Assembly (NCBI GenBank): GCA_013265495.1
Contig: MU058059.1
Span: 3,387,502 to 3,451,501, forward strand
Source of the DNA: Vicugna vicugna
Taxonomy: Eukaryota
Length of the DNA: 64,000 nt
Direction of reading: 5' to 3'
Each line of letters opens with the position of its first letter. Position 1 is the first letter of the stretch. This document shows positions 61,690-64,000 of the stretch, in pieces. The notes under the pieces were generated by a model that was given only the letters and a program-made list of their open reading frames with translations, was not told the origin of the DNA and did not search any database. The position numbers and the translations under genes are program-made.

Positions 61690-63150
61690 CACGAGGAAAC
61701 AATATAATGAACCTGATCCCTACCTCACTCCGTGTACAAAAATCAATTCCAAAGGGATTGAGCTACAAACAGAACATGTAAAACAATAAAGCTTCAAAGT
61801 TAACAGAGGAGAATATCTTCCTGGCACTGGGATAGGGTGTGATATTTTGAACAGACACCATCACGCTAACCATGTGGGAAAAAGATAATTTGGACCATGT
61901 TAGAAGTTATGTTACCCAAAGACACTTATTAAGAGAGCAAAAACACAAGCTATAAAGTGGAAGATCATTGCAGTGCACACAACTGAAAAGAGTTTACAGT
62001 CAGAACAAAGAACTATAAATCATTAAGAAAAGGACAGACAAGGGGCAATATATATGAACAGGCAGCTCATAAAAGAGCATAGCCACGTGGCAAAGAAACA
62101 TATGAAATGGTGCTCCATCTCATTTCTTATCAGGGAAATGTAAATTAAAACCATAATGAGATACCGCAAAACACCCATCAGAATAGCAAACAATTTAAGT
62201 CTCCTTTCATCTTCAAGGTCAGCAAAGTGGCATCTCTGTGACCATCCCTCCTCAGTCACATCTGACTTCTCTCCCACATTTAAGGACCCATGATGATATG
62301 AGCCCGTCTGTGTCACTGGGGTCATCTCTGTCAATATCTGTAACTTAACCACAGCTGCAAAGCCCCTTTGTCACATAAGGTAACATATTCACAGGTTCCA
62401 GGAATAAAGAGATGGACATCTTTTTTGGGGGATTGGGTTGTGGTCATTATTCTCCCTACTCCACAGAGCAACACAACTTTTGTACAATGCTCTTGGGAAT
62501 GTAAATTGGTACAACCACTTTAAAAAATTATTTGGCAATATTTACTGAAGCCAAACACATGCAGAGCCATTGATCCAGCAATTCCACCCCCAGAAGAAAC
62601 GTACATACCATTGTTATCTTTAACAAAGCCCCCAAAGTAGGAAAAATCAAAGTGTCCCTCAACATTTAGAATGGGTACATAGAACTATGGTGTATTCATG
62701 TTACGGAATACCATACTGCAACAAAAATGAATGAACCACTGCAACACGCTGTAAAACGAACGCCTCTCACAGACATATGGTTAAATCAAAGCAGGCAGAC
62801 TCTGAGGAGTACATTCTGCATGAACCCACCTGTTCAAAATTTTAAAATGGGCAAAATTCATCTTCAGTCTGAGAAGTCAGTTTAGAGGCTCCCTTTGAGG
62901 GGTGGATAATGATGGGAAGAAAACTCGAGCAGGGCTTCTGGGTGTTGGTAACTTCTCCTTCCTAACCTGAGTGGAGGTTGCATGTGAGTGAGCTTTCTGT
63001 TCATTTTTCACACTGTCCTCTGATTTGGGCATTTGTTCCTCTAGGCATGTTTTACTTTTACAAGTTTATTAAGCATGCAAACAGTGCGAATATACTGAAC
63101 ACGACAGAACTGTACACTTAACCATTTTAAGACAGTCAATTTCATAGTGC
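61690..63150 (+). mobile_element. Old L1M ORF2/3' region interrupted by a MaLR LTR fragment
   Basis: CCCTACCTCACTCCGTGTACAAAAATCAATTCCAAA, CAGGGAAATGTAAATTAAAACCATAATGAGATACC, GGAATGTAAATTGGTACAACCACTTT. Confidence 0.75.
62200..62465 (-). mobile_element. MLT1-type MaLR LTR fragment
   Basis: TTTAAGGACCC..., CTGCAAAGCCCCTTTGTCACATAAGGTAACATATTCACAGGTTCCAGGAAT...GGACATCTTTTTTGGGGG characteristic of MLT1. Confidence 0.75.
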
Positions 63151-63297
63151 GTTCCCCACCCCCCACAATTAAAAATAATTTATTAAGAAAAGAATTTGTT
63201 GCCTTTTCCAGAAAAAAATTTGGGTGACAAAAATGTAACCCAGCACCAGCACCTAAGAATTTTAAACACACTAAATTTTTCTTTATGCCATCTTTAG

Positions 63298-63400
63298 GGA
63301 GAAATGAAGTGGAGGAGGAGGAGGAGAGGGAGGGGAGACGAAGGAACGGGGAGGGGGAGGAAGGACAGTAGGAAAGAGGAGGAGGAGGAAGAAAAGAAAA
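63298..63400 (+). repeat. Purine-rich low-complexity tract with (GGA)n runs
   Basis: About 100 nt of almost only G/A. Confidence 0.85.
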
Positions 63401-64000
63401 TGTTTATCTGACTTCACTTGATCGTTTAATAACAGTTTTGCTTTTGAAGCAGAGTGTCCCCAGGGCAGGTTAGAGGCACCTAGTTTTTCTTACCCCGCCC
63501 TGGGGTCTTCACCCTCCTCCCTGATGCTCAAACCCTCCCTCCCGGCCCCACCAGCCCCTCGCGTGGGCGCCTCCACCCTAAAACTGGAGAGAAGAAAGAG
63601 CTCCCGCCTCCACCCTGGGTCTGTGGATGATGAGTGGTCCCCTTGGCTCTTTCGGATGTGGTTTCCAGGTTTGTGAGGTGGAAATAATGAAACAGAAGCG
63701 CCTTTCTCACTGGCCATCGTGAGGATGGAGGAGCTGACACTTGCTGGGGGTGGGCAGCTGGCTCGAGGTGAGGCTCGCTAGTAAACTCCATGGAGGACAA
63801 CGCAGTCGTCACCTGTTGTGCGCACCCAAGTCACGGACGGAAGGAGCAGCGTCGGCACCTCCTGTTGAACTCCCTTCTATTTTTAGCTGTCGCTGCTCTT
63901 CAAACAGAGCGGACAGTCCCCCGATTTAATGGTGCTTCAGGGGGACTGGGTGCCAAGGCTCACACAGCTCTCACTCTGTCTTTCTGCTGGTTTAGAAACA

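Overview
Mammalian genomic DNA, probably camelid (inferred from tRNA-derived SINEs and a young L1 3' end). The window holds the complete 20-exon PPP4R1 gene (protein phosphatase 4 regulatory subunit 1, HEAT repeats) on the minus strand. Its CpG-island promoter lies at ~53.2-54.2 kb, the ATG at 53787, the stop at 10119-10121 and poly(A) signals at ~9.36-9.42 kb. I traced all exons by hand: every junction is GT-AG and in phase, giving a 2844-nt CDS (947 aa). The first ~450 nt are probably the end of the convergent RALBP1 3' UTR. Between the two genes is a decayed ERV1-type provirus whose 5' LTR is interrupted by a Tigger-like element, and upstream of PPP4R1 is an L1/MaLR-rich region. The most notable observations are: (1) a 52-bp duplication that copies the exon 14 donor site, (2) a replaced C-terminal tail, (3) candidate poison exons in intron 11, one with downstream QKI-type motifs, (4) a stop-free, in-frame intron 1, and (5) tandem in-frame acceptors. 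Comparisons with human rely on my recall of the human protein, not on a database search. I found no convincing wholly new gene system.
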